Positions 12,441 to 25,931 of a stretch of 53,524 bases of DNA are shown here, piece by piece. This DNA comes from Octopus bimaculoides (taxonomy: Eukaryota), in assembly GCF_001194135.2 (NCBI RefSeq), contig NC_068984.1, forward strand, positions 26,530,461-26,583,984, in the 5' to 3' direction. The position numbers were made by a program, and so were the translations under genes. Below the pieces are notes generated by a model that saw only the letters and a program-made list of their open reading frames with translations, did no database searches and was not told the origin of the DNA. Each line of letters begins with the position of its first letter. Position 1 is the stretch's first letter.

Positions 12441-12851
12441 GGCGGTGAGCTGGCAGAAACGTTAGCACGCCGGGCGAAATGCTTAGCGGTATTTCGTCTG
12501 CTGTTACGTTCTGAGTTCAAATTCCGCCGAGGTCGACTTTGCCTTTCATCCTTTCGGGGTCGATAAATTAAGTACTAGTTACACACTGGGGTCGATGTAA
12601 TGAACTTAATCCCTTTGTCTGTCCTTATTTGTCCCCTCTATGTTTAGCCCCTTGTGTGCAATAAAGAAATAAGAAACGTTAGCACGCCGGGCGAAATGTT
12701 TAGCGGTATTTGGTCTGTCTTTACGTTCTGAGGACGACTTTGCCTTTCATCCTTTCGGGGTCGATAAATTAAGTACCAGTTGCGTACTGGAGTCGATCTA
12801 ATCGACTGGGCCCCCTCCCCCCAAATTTCGGGTCTTGTGCCTAGAGTAGAA
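12441..12851 (+). mobile_element. Composite (dimer-like) SINE family B: tailed unit 12441-12670 plus head-truncated unit 12671-12851
   Basis: GGCGGTGAGCTGGCAGAAACGTTAGC head, GAGTTCAAATTCC B-box, CTTTGCCTTTCATCCTTTCGGGGTCGATAAATTAAGTAC domain (recalls the Deu/Nin SINE domain, from memory); same architecture at 23808-24218. Confidence 0.88.
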
Positions 12852-13742
12852 TATGGTCTCATCTTTATGACTGACTATCTTATAATACAACTTTATCCTT
12901 CAACCCATATGTAAAGATGAAGAAATTCAGTTACACACACACACACACACACACACACATCTCTTGCCTTTTGAATGAAGATCGAAAAGGCACGATCAAC
13001 TAGTGGATGTGTACACATATACACACGTTCTTTCACAAACGGAAAAAATACATACTAAAATATATAATTATTTATTTAAACTAACAACTGGTCGCCATAA
13101 ATTCAATTATATATTGTCAGTTGATGCATGTTTGTGTAAAATAACGCTAATATATCATTGAATGTGTCCAGATAAATAATATTTTCTACTCTAGGCACAA
13201 GGCCCGAAATTTAATTCGTAATTCTGTTCAATATTTCGGAAAATTGAAGTCAGAGTTGTCACATTCGAACGATTAGTTTATTCCAGTTTATTATGCCATA
13301 ACTTTATGGAATCATGATAGAAATAAGCTGACATCATAATATTAACAGTAGATATATATCTGGTTGGAATAGATAATTTAATTTTCTAAATCTCGCCTCT
13401 TGCTTATGAAGCTTGTTTAATTAATGTCTTCTAAGAGAAAGATGAGAACGGTCTCTCAGGAAGCTTGTTTAATTAAAAGTTTCTTTGTAGAAAGCATACA
13501 TTCATCGTGATAAAAAATGCTACTTCGTCTCAGTTTGATACAATTGTGGGTTTTTAGGTATACCTTTGCTCTTACCAAATAGACCTATAGGCGAAGCTTC
13601 CAATCATGACCGTCCCCTCTTATTCTCAGGCAATATATTCAGGACTTCATTGTCAATGGGTTAAAAAATAGTGCAACCGGTGTAAAAAAAAAAAAAAATG
13701 TGTATGAAACAAAAACGCGCAAAGCAACGGGGGTGGAGTGAG

Positions 13743-14010
13743 GAGAGGACTTTCGGAAAATTCACAAGATCCGAGTTTTTCCCTAACTTTTTGGAAAACG
13801 TTTTTTTTTTTAAATGAAATTTTATATAAATGCCTTTCAAACGACATAGATTATGATTATAAAGAAATTTGTGGGGAAAATCTTTTCCGAGGGTGTGGGG
13901 AGAGGACTTTCGGAAAATTCACAAGATCCGATTTTTTCCCCATAACTTTGAGGAAAATGGATATCTTTTAATGAAATTTTATATAGATACCTTTCAAACG
14001 GCATACATTA
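13743..14010 (+). repeat. Two diverged direct copies of a ~115-bp unit, 157 bp apart
   Basis: GAGAGGACTTTCGGAAAATTCACAAGATCCGA at 13743 and 13900; similarity continues to CCTTTCAAACG. Confidence 0.8.
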
Positions 14011-14339
14011 CGGTTCTCTCAATTTCAGGGTTGGGGAAACACATTTGTCTTGGATAGAGAACTTTTGTTTGTTCAACACGTTGAAGGTATTTTTTTTTAA
14101 TATCTGTAAAAGCCCAGATTAACTTCTCAGATCTTGACCCCTGTGTCTAACTTTATCCTCCACTCGGGCTCTTGGGCCAAAAAGTAAACACTTCTGTATA
14201 CAGCTCAAGAGGCGACCTAATGGACAGAATCGGCTACGTCTGTTGTTCGTTACCACTTTACCGGGAATCCAGCAGAGATGACATTTAACCTATTCCCGCT
14301 ATAGCGGTAACACGATGTGGTAGGGTTAAGATTTGTTTT

Positions 14340-14830
14340 CAACATAGGCACAAAGCCAAGAATTTCGGCGAAGGGAACAGTTGATTTTATCGAGCTCAGT
14401 ACTTGACTGGTATTTCATTTTCTCAACACTAGAAGGATGAAAGGCAAATTTAGTATTTTGAGTATATCTTTATTTCATCAACACTCAAAAGTTAACCTTG
14501 GCAGTACACCTTGTTTGTTGTTACTACAACGTTTCGGCAGATGTACTCTCCAGCCTTCATCAAGTGTTCTGGTGGGATTTCGAACCCAACTCTTTATGAA
14601 CAGAAAAAATAACATCAGCAAAAAAAAAGAATACCTTAAGAATGAGAACAGAGTACCCCATTAATCAAATAAAGGGTTGAGTTCGAAATTCCACCAGAAT
14701 TTCTGATGAAGGCTGGTGCGAATATCATCTCAAAAATATAGAAAAGTATAACCTTGGCAGGATTTGAACTCGGAAGTTAAAGGTCATAGGACATTTGTTT
14801 TCGGTGCTCTGACGATTCCGCCAGCTTACC
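14340..14830 (-). mobile_element. Diverged SINE family B interrupted by an inverted-repeat Penelope-like insert
   Basis: CATAGGCACAAAGCCAAGAATTT tail, GATGAAAGGCAAA body, CCTTGGCAGGATTTGAACTC and CCAGCTTACCAC head; insert 14505-14748. Confidence 0.6.
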
Positions 14831-17429
14831 ACTTTTAATAATGATTTTGTGGGGAAGAGAACTCATGATTAGTAGTTTGTTTTATCGGCCTCGGATTGAT
14901 GAAAGGCAAAGATGAGACCTCGGCAGGATTTTTAACTGTCACAAGATAGGTGGACGAGGTTCTATCATAATAAAGTCAATTTACAAATTAACTGTAGAGA
15001 TATACATGGAATCTTGTGTGAGGAAAGAGATACGGGGTTCGGTAATATATATTATATACCAGAGATCGATTCAGTCGATTATGGACTTTCTCTGGAAATA
15101 TCTGGGCCTGTGTTAATGTGAAACATGGCTTTTAGCGGATTGACAAAATCGGTAGAGCAATGGACAAAAATGTCTTGTATTCGGAGTTGAAATCCCGCTG
15201 ATGTAAGACTTTGCCTTCATTTCTTTTTGGGGGATTGTTAAACTAAGTACCAGATCAATTATTCTGACTATAAGCCTGTCCCCTTCCGTCTCTCCCTAAA
15301 TGAGATAGTGTAATCACTTTAGAAACTTTATTTAGTAACGACACTTTATTGTTGTTAACTAATCTGGATTCTTTACAGGTCCGGGTTACCGGTCCTCATT
15401 TTGAATGAGGACCGAGAGTGACATCTTTGTATCTATGTTGTGTACTATTAATTGATTTGTACATGTAAATTATCTGTGAAAAGGTGTTGAAGATTTTGTG
15501 CAAGCGGGAGAGAGGGGAGAGGAGGAAAGAGACTGAGACTTTTGTTTGTGTGTGTGTAAATGTGTGAGAGACAAAAGCAGAGGAAATGACCCTTGTCATG
15601 TGAGTGTATGTATGGCAATTCTATGTGCGTGTGTGTTTATGAAACATATATGCGTGAGGGACATAGATATTGTGTATAGGATCCTTATGTTCTTTAAAGA
15701 TATTTATGATTAAAGGTATTTAAGCTGTGACCAATGCATTTTTTTTCCTATGAAATTGAAGCTCAGTACGACATTGTCATGTCTTTTTCTAAGACGGTAA
15801 GATGTGATTTGAGGGAGATTTAGTTGTTATTTCTAGCTGGTCGAATGACCACTTACAGGCACTCTCGTTGACGCTGTGTATAAGCCGGTGATACAGTGTT
15901 TGTAAAACATTTTATATTGTAATTGATTGCGCGCATTTGTATGTATAGTGGGGACGGAGATGAAATTCCTACGGTATTCTCTGCAAGCGTATGTGTGTGC
16001 ACGTGTTATTTCTGTATGTGATTGTGTGATGTTGAAATACACTGTAACACCGACACATGGTAGATAATTACTGCTGGATGTATTAAGTCAGCCACAGTTT
16101 AATGTATTGGCCTATGGCAAAATCATTTATATCTTTTTCTAATTTATATAAATAAATGACTTGCAAAATGTTATTCATTTTTTTTTCTAATTTAAAATTA
16201 TGTAACTGATGTAATATTATACTTTTTCTGTTACTAGAAAGTCAGCTTGTTTAAAATTTTAATTTTGAGCTATTGTGGATGTGCTTATAAAGGCTCAATG
16301 GGTGCTGTTGAATTTGGTTACACGAAAATGATCGCTATTAGAAAATTTTTATACCAAAAACTTCTTGAATGGAATTGAAATTGTTGAAGATTTCTAATAT
16401 TTGCAATCTGGGAATTCTTGTAATTGGTGACTTAGCTAAAGTCAGTCTCATTCAAAGGTTTTGGAATAATACAATTGATCTATAACATTTCAGTCGTCCT
16501 AAATTATGAGTATGTTAGAGAAACCAGAAATCCTAACTTGTTAAAATACATTAATCTCGCTGGACAGTTATAATACGCTTTTACTAAATAACACCTTTCA
16601 GCTGTAAAGTTTTCTCAGTCAGATAGTTTTAATTAAAAAATTTTAAATGTCATGAAGAAGTAACTATAAAGAGATTCGATTTATTATTATTATTTGTTTT
16701 TGTTTTTAAGTTTTTAATAATTTAGCAGATATTCTCATAATATATATATATATTTTTTCAATCATTAAAACAGGCCTCGGTAATCTTTTGTCAAGGCTCA
16801 TCCTGAGGTGAGCCGTACTATTAGAAAAATTCAAGGTAATTTTTTTTATCAGGTGTACTATTTAAAACGTTCTGTGGGCCGCTGGCTGCCTTAACCCTTG
16901 TAGAATGCACCAGGTCATTCTAAATAGAATTTTATTGAATACTTCCGATTTAATACTTGTGACACAAAATAGTCCCAGTATTAAATATGCTATCAGAACT
17001 TATAGAAACGACAAATAGTTGTGGTATTTTCAATAAAGGTTCGAAAAAGTATAAACTAATAAAGGGTACTATTCAAGAAGAGTGGGACTCTCAATCAAAT
17101 ATTGGCTCTGACTGTTATTTTTTCATGTGTGGCATGTATACATTCATACATATCATTTTGGTAAATTTAAATGCAACATAAAATGCTTTTTGGATTTTTC
17201 GTAATTGTTATCTTGTATCATATTTACAAATATACTTATTTGATATTGTTTTGTTTTCTTAAAATATTTACTTCAAGAAATCCAAAAGTCTTGAATGTAA
17301 ATAAACTTATATTTATGTATCTATAGTCATAGATTGGCACGAACAGGTACTACAATCATCATTTAACGTCCGTTGTCCATGCTGGCATGGGTTGGACGTG
17401 ACACCTACATTTCGTACAGCAAAATAGTT

Positions 17430-17690
17430 AGTTATTGGACTGCGGCCATGCAGGGGCACCGCCCTAATACTTAATTTTTTAAGACTGGAACTAATTCTAG
17501 CGGTTTCTTTTGCCGGAGACGCTAAGTTACGGGGTGTAAACAAACCAACACCGATTGTCAATCGGTGTGGAACACACGCACACATATACGTGTCTGTATG
17601 TATATCTTCTGCTCATTTTGTGTCTATTAAATTCACTCACATAGTATTACTCGGCCAAAGATTATTGTACAAGACACTTGCCCGAAACCA
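17430..17690 (-). mobile_element. Diverged, head-truncated SINE family A
   Basis: GACTGCGGCCATGC tail, GCTAAGTTACGGGG, AAGACACTTGCCC. Confidence 0.7.
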
Positions 17691-19002
17691 CACTACTATG
17701 CTTGCACCTAATTTTTATGAATTATTTTTCACTTTACATTTCAAAGCTTTGAAAACTTAAATTTATAAAGGAATAAACGTAACAGACATTTTTCTCTTTC
17801 ATATTTTTCTTATAAACGAACGAAGAAAAAGAACTAAGAATTGATGTTGTGGTTGTCCCATGAGAAGCTGAATGCAACAATACTAGTTGATGTGACTAAT
17901 AACTCGAAATTTAAAACATCTGGGGGTGAACTTGGTCATTAGGGTTGTCTCGCGGGAAAATTTGGTTCAGAAATTCATATTCCATGCCGAATATTGTTTA
18001 CTGGAACAACCTTAATAACTTATTAAAAACCTACCGGTGATCCGTTGATGTAGCATCAATTGAATGTATGATTGCCTTTCTTGGTCACAGATTCCCTTAA
18101 TGCTTTATATGCGTGTGTGTGTATATTATTAATTTAGTTTTACTATCAAAACCTCTCTTGTTAATTCGAAAACAGTCTTTATTTTCAGTTACTTTATAAT
18201 AGTTATGATTATAGTTCTGACGTTCTCTTATGGCAAAATTAAAATAAATTTATGATCAGATGTCCTATTGAATGAACTGAAGGCGAATACCTTCAAGAAG
18301 ATTACTGCTACTACCCCTAGATACAAAGAGGTTCAGAACACTCAGAAACCAAATTGAAACACCCGGTACCCTAAGTACCTTATCTATCTAGTTACTTTGC
18401 TACACATTCATATTTACTCACGTGTTATTCATACATTACGTACATACGCACGTGTTATTCACACACACACGTGTTTCACATGCAAACACTCATGTTATGC
18501 ATGCATACACGCACGTTTTAGTCAAACATGTACATGTCATGCATACTTACACACACACACACACAAATGCATGTTAAACGTACATGCATATGTAGAAGTA
18601 TATACGTATTTATGCATATAAACATGTTAAAGTGTCTTGGAGTTTAAGTTCCGAAACAAAGTTTTTGAAATAGAAACAAATTTGGTGATACCGTTGCGCA
18701 TGCAAAAATATGCATTATTTAAAAAAGTTACAAGAAAATAATGTCCCGTAATGAAGTGGATGTGCCTTAATCTGTAACTATGTCAACAAAGACGGGTTTG
18801 TCACAGTAGGAACACTTTAAAAATAAAGCATCTATAAAAAAACATTGCGTTTTTGTTCGATATTTAAGACAGTCAACGTTTTGAAATAGCAGCTAAATCT
18901 CCGTTTCAAACATTGTATATATGTGTATGTGCGCATGAGAGACAACTTGGGGAGAAAAAAATGGTTATCAATGATTTCGATTGCTTGTAACCAGCTACTT
19001 AC

Positions 19003-19564
19003 CTTTATCGTTATCCGTGTTGCAATATCCGTCTGTGTTGGGGCTACCTTCTCTGGAAGAATGGTTAGATCCGGGGGAAGCAGGTAAGCGTCCTCCATAT
19101 GTATTTACATCTTGGAGTGCAGAATAGTAATCATGTTTCACCATTGTAGGTAGACCTGAACTGTGTGTGTTGTGTCCTCCCATGTAAGCCGGATGGAGGT
19201 GTTGATTCGTGGCATTTTCTTTAGCCGCTACATTAACCCCGCAATATCCGTCGGGTATGTCCACTAGTGATCCAACCCCACCTGCGTTGGTGTGCGGAGG
19301 TGGAGCTAGAAATGAATTGTTTGTTGCATTGAACACATTCCTTAAATATGCAGCTGATTGCACTAACCCAAAATCTGTCGGGTAAGAAGAATACCCTAAC
19401 GCCCCAGCAGTCATACCCCCTACTTGCATACAATCGTAAGTCCGAGGTGACGGCCGTGACAAATAACGCATAGCCATGCTACCATAGTCCGAGCCGGGGT
19501 TTCCTGTGTTTGGGTTACATGTTTGTAGTGAACCTCCGGTATCCATGTGATCTCGGCGGTCCAT
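19003..19564 (-). CDS. First coding exon (187 codons + 1 nt, phase-1 donor) of a probable developmental transcription factor; N-terminal low-complexity region, DNA-binding domain not seen in the window
   Basis: Non-repetitive ORF MDRRDHMDTGG...SPGSNHSSREGSPNTDGYCNTDNDK. First ATG at 19564 in context agtaaaATGG; the ORF-track start at 19657 is a GTG in UTR-like sequence. Ends at AAAG|GTAAGT (intron starts 19002). More GC-rich than its flanks. G/S/P/Y/N/H-rich with no Trp. The product class is inferred from composition only. Confidence 0.78.
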
Positions 19565-19823
19565 TTTACTGAGAGCAAGAACTAAAAGGGAGAGAGGGAG
19601 AAGAGGATGATAGATAGATGGATAGATACACAGGCTAACAGCTAGAAAGCAGTGCACTAGAAGTAATTAAAATTACTCAAAAGCACTACTCTGGTGGAAT
19701 CTGATCCGAATGTACTCCTACCAGTTTTTTTTTTCTTTAGTTTCGGTCTTCTTGTTAGTATGTGCGGTTGAATTTACTGCGACTGTGTGCAGACTTACTT
19801 GGCTTTTAGATGTTTACATACAC

Positions 19824-19883
<60 letters not shown>

Positions 19884-21559
19884 ATATATATAGTTTGTTT
19901 TCTATGCTGAAATGCTAGAAATAAACTCTGACATAAATAAAAAGAGAGAATGAAAAGAAGAAAGCTAGAAGAGATGGAAAGAAAGAAAGAGAAAACAGAG
20001 AGAGGTGGAGGAGGAATCGGTTGGCAGTAAAAGTTGTTTACAAAGTTTTGGAAAAAAAAAAGTATTTTTAAGGAAACGAAATAAGACAAACTTAATGAAG
20101 AAAAACAATCTAAATAAGAACTGGGTGGTGGTGGTGGTGGTGGTAGTAGTAGTAATAATAATGGGGAGGAAGAGGTAGTTGGTAAGTAAAGCGAATGAAA
20201 AGTGATTGCTATTTGTTTTTGTCTTTTCAATTGTGTGTGTGTGTGTGAGTGTGTAAGAGAAAAGTAACGAGAAAGTGAATTTGATGGGACAAAAATATGT
20301 AAGAGAATGGACGTGAAGAATTAATAATAGTCAAGTCGCAACACAGAATGACTTATGATTGCTGCTTGTCTCAACAAACCTGCCCCATCGTTATTTTTAA
20401 GTTTTTCCATGTTTTACGTTCAGTTTTCTTGCATATTTACTCTCACTTAACAATGTTTGCGTGTGCGGTTATGTACGTGCATACCGTATGTGTTAAGCTG
20501 GCGGTTATGATATATATATTTATATATATTTATATATATATATATATCAATGTATGTTGTGCGCCTTTAAACGCACATACACTCAGAATATCGTTAAACG
20601 ATATCAAACTTTAAAGAACCTCGATGAATTTGGATGGAATAAATACATAAAATAAATAAAACTCACGAAGGACAACGACACTGTAATGTTGTCAAACTAA
20701 GATGGTTTATAATGGCTTCAGGAGAGCTACATCGGAAACGCCTGACACAACAGCTGGTCGCACCAGAAGTGTTATGAGGGTAAACTCAGCAAAGCAGGAG
20801 AAAAGAGAGAGAAAAAAAAAAAAAGAAGTCTAACAAGAAAATTGTGTAGGTGGGTTGGTTGGTTGGTGGAAGTGTAAGGCAACGAGTTGCAAGAAAGACA
20901 GCAGAAGTAGTGGGGGGAGATGGGGAAAGCAGAGAAAGGAGTGGAAGAAGTTGGGAGATAGCAAGGAAAACGTGAAGCTGTGTAGGAATGAAAACAAACA
21001 AAAATTAAAGAAATATAAATAAAACAATTAAAGAAAAAAAAACTAATACATTTGTTGCGGTTGTATTTTATTTTATTTTTTTTCATAGACATTAAAACTG
21101 ATTTCTCTCACATAGGCGCATGAATATAATGGGTATAAGCGATTATATCTATCCCTCAGTACATGACTGGTACAGTACTTTATTTTATCAACCTCCGCTA
21201 ACGCCACCCCCACGGAATAAGTAAAGACAAAGCCGACGTCAACACGATTTCATTAAAGGGACATAACTAAGTGCAGCAAATCGTTTCTACACGGAACTAT
21301 CCATTTCTGCCAAGATTTCGTTCATACTAAAACTTTTAATTACAAAGATCCAGAAAGAAAAAAGAAAAAAAAATGCATTTATTCATTAAACTGATACAAT
21401 TGTGTTATATAATAACAATTATGATAACGATTATATAACTGCTAATTATTTTTATCGACGTAGAAAAGAAGAGGCGGACCAAACTACATGGTGTTTTATT
21501 TTCCTTACTGTTTCTGTCAAGCCCCTGTTTCGAAAAGCAATACCAAAGTTATAAGGTTT

Positions 21560-21680
21560 CGCATTTGTGGGATGGGGCTACAGTCGATTAGTTCGACTTT
21601 ATTAGTCAACTGGTGCTTAATTTATCGAACGCTGGGAGATTGAAAAAGGAAGGTCAACCCTAGCAGGTCATAAACCTTTT
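21560..21680 (-). mobile_element. Diverged SINE family B fragment
   Basis: CAGTCGATTAGTTCGAC...CTGGTGCTTAATTTATCGA...AAAAGGAAGGTCAACC. Confidence 0.6.
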
Positions 21681-21747
21681 CCAATGAGGAATGTTGGCAA
21701 CAATCACTGTACACACACGTGTGTATGTATGTGTGCGTGTGTATATG

Positions 21748-21828
<81 letters not shown>

Positions 21829-21930
21829 NNNNNNNNNNNNNNNNNNNNNNNNNNNNNNNNNNNNNNNNNNNNNNNNNNNNNNNNNNNNNNNNNNNNNNNN
21901 NNNNNNNNNNNNNNNNNNNNNNNNNNNNTG

Positions 21931-22003
<73 letters not shown>

Positions 22004-22134
22004 ACGTGTGTATGCATGTGTGCGTATTTTAATATACACACATATGTTGCTGAGTATGTGTACATATTCATATTTCAATATAAGAGGCTTCTCAACACCC
22101 GCACTCTCTCTCTCTCTCTGACTGCCAGCCTGTC

Positions 22135-22165
<31 letters not shown>

Positions 22166-22374
22166 AATACATGCAGTCATTTACATACGCACACACGTAG
22201 CCACATATTTTTGACATGGGTGGGGAATAAGGAGTTTCAGCATAACAAACATTAGAAGTAGAATTTGGAAAAGAAGCAGGAAAGGAACGGGCTGGGGGGA
22301 AGAGACAGGAAACGATGAAGGGGTAGAAGGAAGAGGGAGATGATTTAGGGCAGAACATTACCTTGTTCTTCCTA

Positions 22375-22417
<43 letters not shown>

Positions 22418-22844
22418 TCTCTGTCTCTCTCTTTTGCTTATGTCTCTTATGCTTCCTTTATCCTCTCGCTCCTCCTCCTCTTCCTCACACGACAAAGTTA
22501 CGGTTGAAACAAATAATAGAAAAGTCTTTGACGACTAGTTCTTGCGCCTGGTGCCGATCCACACAGGCGGTGTCTTTGGGGGTCTTTTTCGTAGAAGGGA
22601 GAGTGGTGAGTGAGGTTGAGGTGAGGTTGGGTAGGTGGGTGGGAGAAGATGATTGTGGCGGTGGTAGTCATGATAGTAGTTGTTGTGGAGGTGGTGGTTA
22701 TAGGAGTTGTAGTGGCGGTGGTGGTTTATAATGAACTGATAATGTTTATTCAACGATAGTGCCAACAGAGTGCCCAAGGCGAATAAGAACAACTCTATTT
22801 TTCTTTTCATTTGCTTTCTAACGTTCATTTTCATTTCATGTGCC

Positions 22845-22921
<77 letters not shown>

Positions 22922-23221
22922 GCATACACACACACGCACGAGCTATCACATATAGACGAGGACTTGACGTGTGTGTGTGTATTTATATATATATACTCAT
23001 ATACACATGTGTGTATGTATATGTGTGTGTATGTGTGTATATATATGTTTATATTCATATATACATACATAAATACACACATACACACACACATATATGT
23101 ATGTATGTGCGTATGTACATATATATACATATGCGTATATATATATATACATATGCATGCATATATATACATATATATATACATATGCATATATACATAT
23201 ATGTGCGTATGTATACGTGCA

Positions 23222-23252
<31 letters not shown>

Positions 23253-23269
23253 TTGCATGTATGTAAGTA

Positions 23270-23359
<90 letters not shown>

Positions 23360-23807
23360 CACGCATCTATGTATGTACGCATATTTATTTGATCTTCATT
23401 TTCGAAGAGGACCAAGGCCAAGGCCCTAACTCCTACAGTCATTCAAAGAGCACCATACAGCCATACTGGTGACTGGAGAATCTTGGCATCTCCATCCTTT
23501 GTGAGATGCAACGAGCGTGGAAGTCCGGAAGTAGTGATATTTTATTTTTACTGTTGCGCGTAGTACCTCCACTGCTGCAATTTGAGTTTGGTCGTGTGTC
23601 TTTCCAAGAAGCTCAAACCTTGACAGGTACTGGACATAGATTACAAATAAAGGAGCCTCAGTCTCTCGCCTCTGGCTTACTGGAAAATTAGCAAACCAGA
23701 CCAAAATGATTGGGGGCATATCAGGGATGCAGTGAGATGACCAAGTGATATTCGTGTCTCACCGAGCTAAGAGGTAGTCGTCCCTCAGCTAGGGTGCTGA
23801 ATATTCT

Positions 23808-24218
23808 TTTCTACCCTAGGTACAAGGCCCGAAATTTTTGGAGAGGGGTCCAGTCGATTAGAGTGACCCCAGTATGCAACTGGTACTTAATTTATCGATC
23901 CCGAAAGAATGAAAGACAAAGTCGACCTCGGCGGAATTTTAACTCAGAAAGTAAAGACAGCATTTTGCCCGGCGTGCTAACGTTTCTTATTTCTTTATTG
24001 CCCACAAGGGGTTAAACATAGAGGGGACAAACAAGGACAGACAAAGGGATTAAATCGATTACATCGACCCCAGTGCGTAACTGGTACTTAATTTATCGAC
24101 CCGAAAGGATAAAAGGCAAATTCGACCTTGGCGGAATTTGAACTCAGAATGTAACGGCAGACGAAATACCGCTAAGCATTTCGCTCGGCTTGCTACCGTT
24201 TCTGCCAGCTCACCGCCT
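23808..24218 (-). mobile_element. Composite (dimer-like) SINE family B with a 15-bp target-site duplication
   Basis: Mirror of 12441-12851; flanked by AGGGTGCTGAATATT (23791-23805) and AGGGTGCCGAATATT (24221-24235). Confidence 0.9.
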
Positions 24219-24266
24219 TAAGGGTGCCGAATATTGATTGTTTGCTCGTTAATATATTTCACCACT

Positions 24267-24480
24267 GGTGAAGGCGCGTGGCCTAGTGATTAAGGTAGTA
24301 CTGTATTTCAAGGGGCCAGCTTTGTCACATTCTGTGTTACGCTGAATATCCCTGAGAATTACGTTAGAGGTAGGCGTGTCTGTGAAGTTCTCAACCAGTT
24401 GCACGTTAATTTTACGATCAGGCTGTTACGTTGATCAAATGAACTGGAACCCTCGCCGTCGTAACCGACGGAGTGCCAGT
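24267..24480 (+). mobile_element. SINE family C with an internal deletion
   Basis: GGTGAAGGCGCGTGGCCTAGTGATTAAGG head joined to the 3' body; tail GATCAAATGAACTGGAACCCTCGCCGTCGTAACCGACGGAGTGCCA. Confidence 0.7.
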
Positions 24481-24786
24481 ATTTTTTTTTTTCCACCACA
24501 GGTAATTTAGAAACCCAGAATTTTACGTGTGTCAGGTGACAACAGGTGAAAATCTCTTAAATAATTATCCGGGTGTTTTGAAGAAAGTACTAGGTTACCC
24601 TATGGCTTTGTCCAAGAAGTAGTACGCTGTAGTGTGATGGCAGTTCGTGGTGTCACTGTGCAGTGCTGGGTGTCAAATGAGTGCCAATGCCAGTGATATG
24701 CAAGATGTCCTCAGAAGGCAGAACCTCTACCAAAAGTATCGACATTACCTACCATCACATATATACTTTTTAAGATATGCCTGAAG

Positions 24787-25276
<490 letters not shown>

Positions 25277-25327
25277 ATATATATATATATATATATATTC
25301 GCCATGATAGATCGCTAATAACTACAC

Positions 25328-25533
25328 ATTTTTTCTCTCCTTGTTTCTCTCTTTATTTTTTTCTCTCCTTTTTTCCTCTCCTTGTTTCTTTCTGTGTTCC
25401 TTTCTGTGGAAGAGCGTAGGCTCGAAACGTTAAAGACTTTTTCAATTCTCGAGCGTTATACTAATACATCTATTTGTTTTCTATACCACCCGTCTTCGTC
25501 TATTGTTTTTTTGTGAACTCTCCCTATATATAT

Positions 25534-25581
<48 letters not shown>

Positions 25582-25886
25582 CAAATGATATATGAGCATA
25601 TGCATGTGTACATACATATATGTACATACCTACATCTACATGTATATATAGATGCATATTCGGGTACAGGACGTCAAATGAGGAACGGGAACATAAATAA
25701 AGCACAAAAAACGGACTTTTTTTTACGGACAACAGAATGAACACGTAGGAAAACAGACGAGCCACTTATGGAACTTTTCCTTCATCAGCTGCCTCTATTC
25801 TAAACTAGGCGTTTCGAAGATGAGGCAGAAGATGAAGCACACACGCACATACACACATGAATTAAAACAATAAAATAAGAACAGTA

Positions 25887-25931
<45 letters not shown>

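Noticed and set aside
1-19002. Homeobox exon or Hox-cluster microRNA (miR-10 family) downstream of the exon
   Set aside because: I found no WFQNRR/ELEKEF-type coding sequence or miR-10 mature sequence by eye; it could lie in a gap or beyond the window, and a TBLASTN would settle it
19565-19657. N-terminal extension MHCFLAVSLCIY... in the ORF track (signal-peptide-like)
   Set aside because: Starts at GTG and overlaps CT/ATCT simple repeats; the first ATG with good context is 19564
12441-24218. CRISPR-like or other regularly spaced repeat array
   Set aside because: Repeats are dispersed SINEs in both orientations, without regular spacers; eukaryotic context
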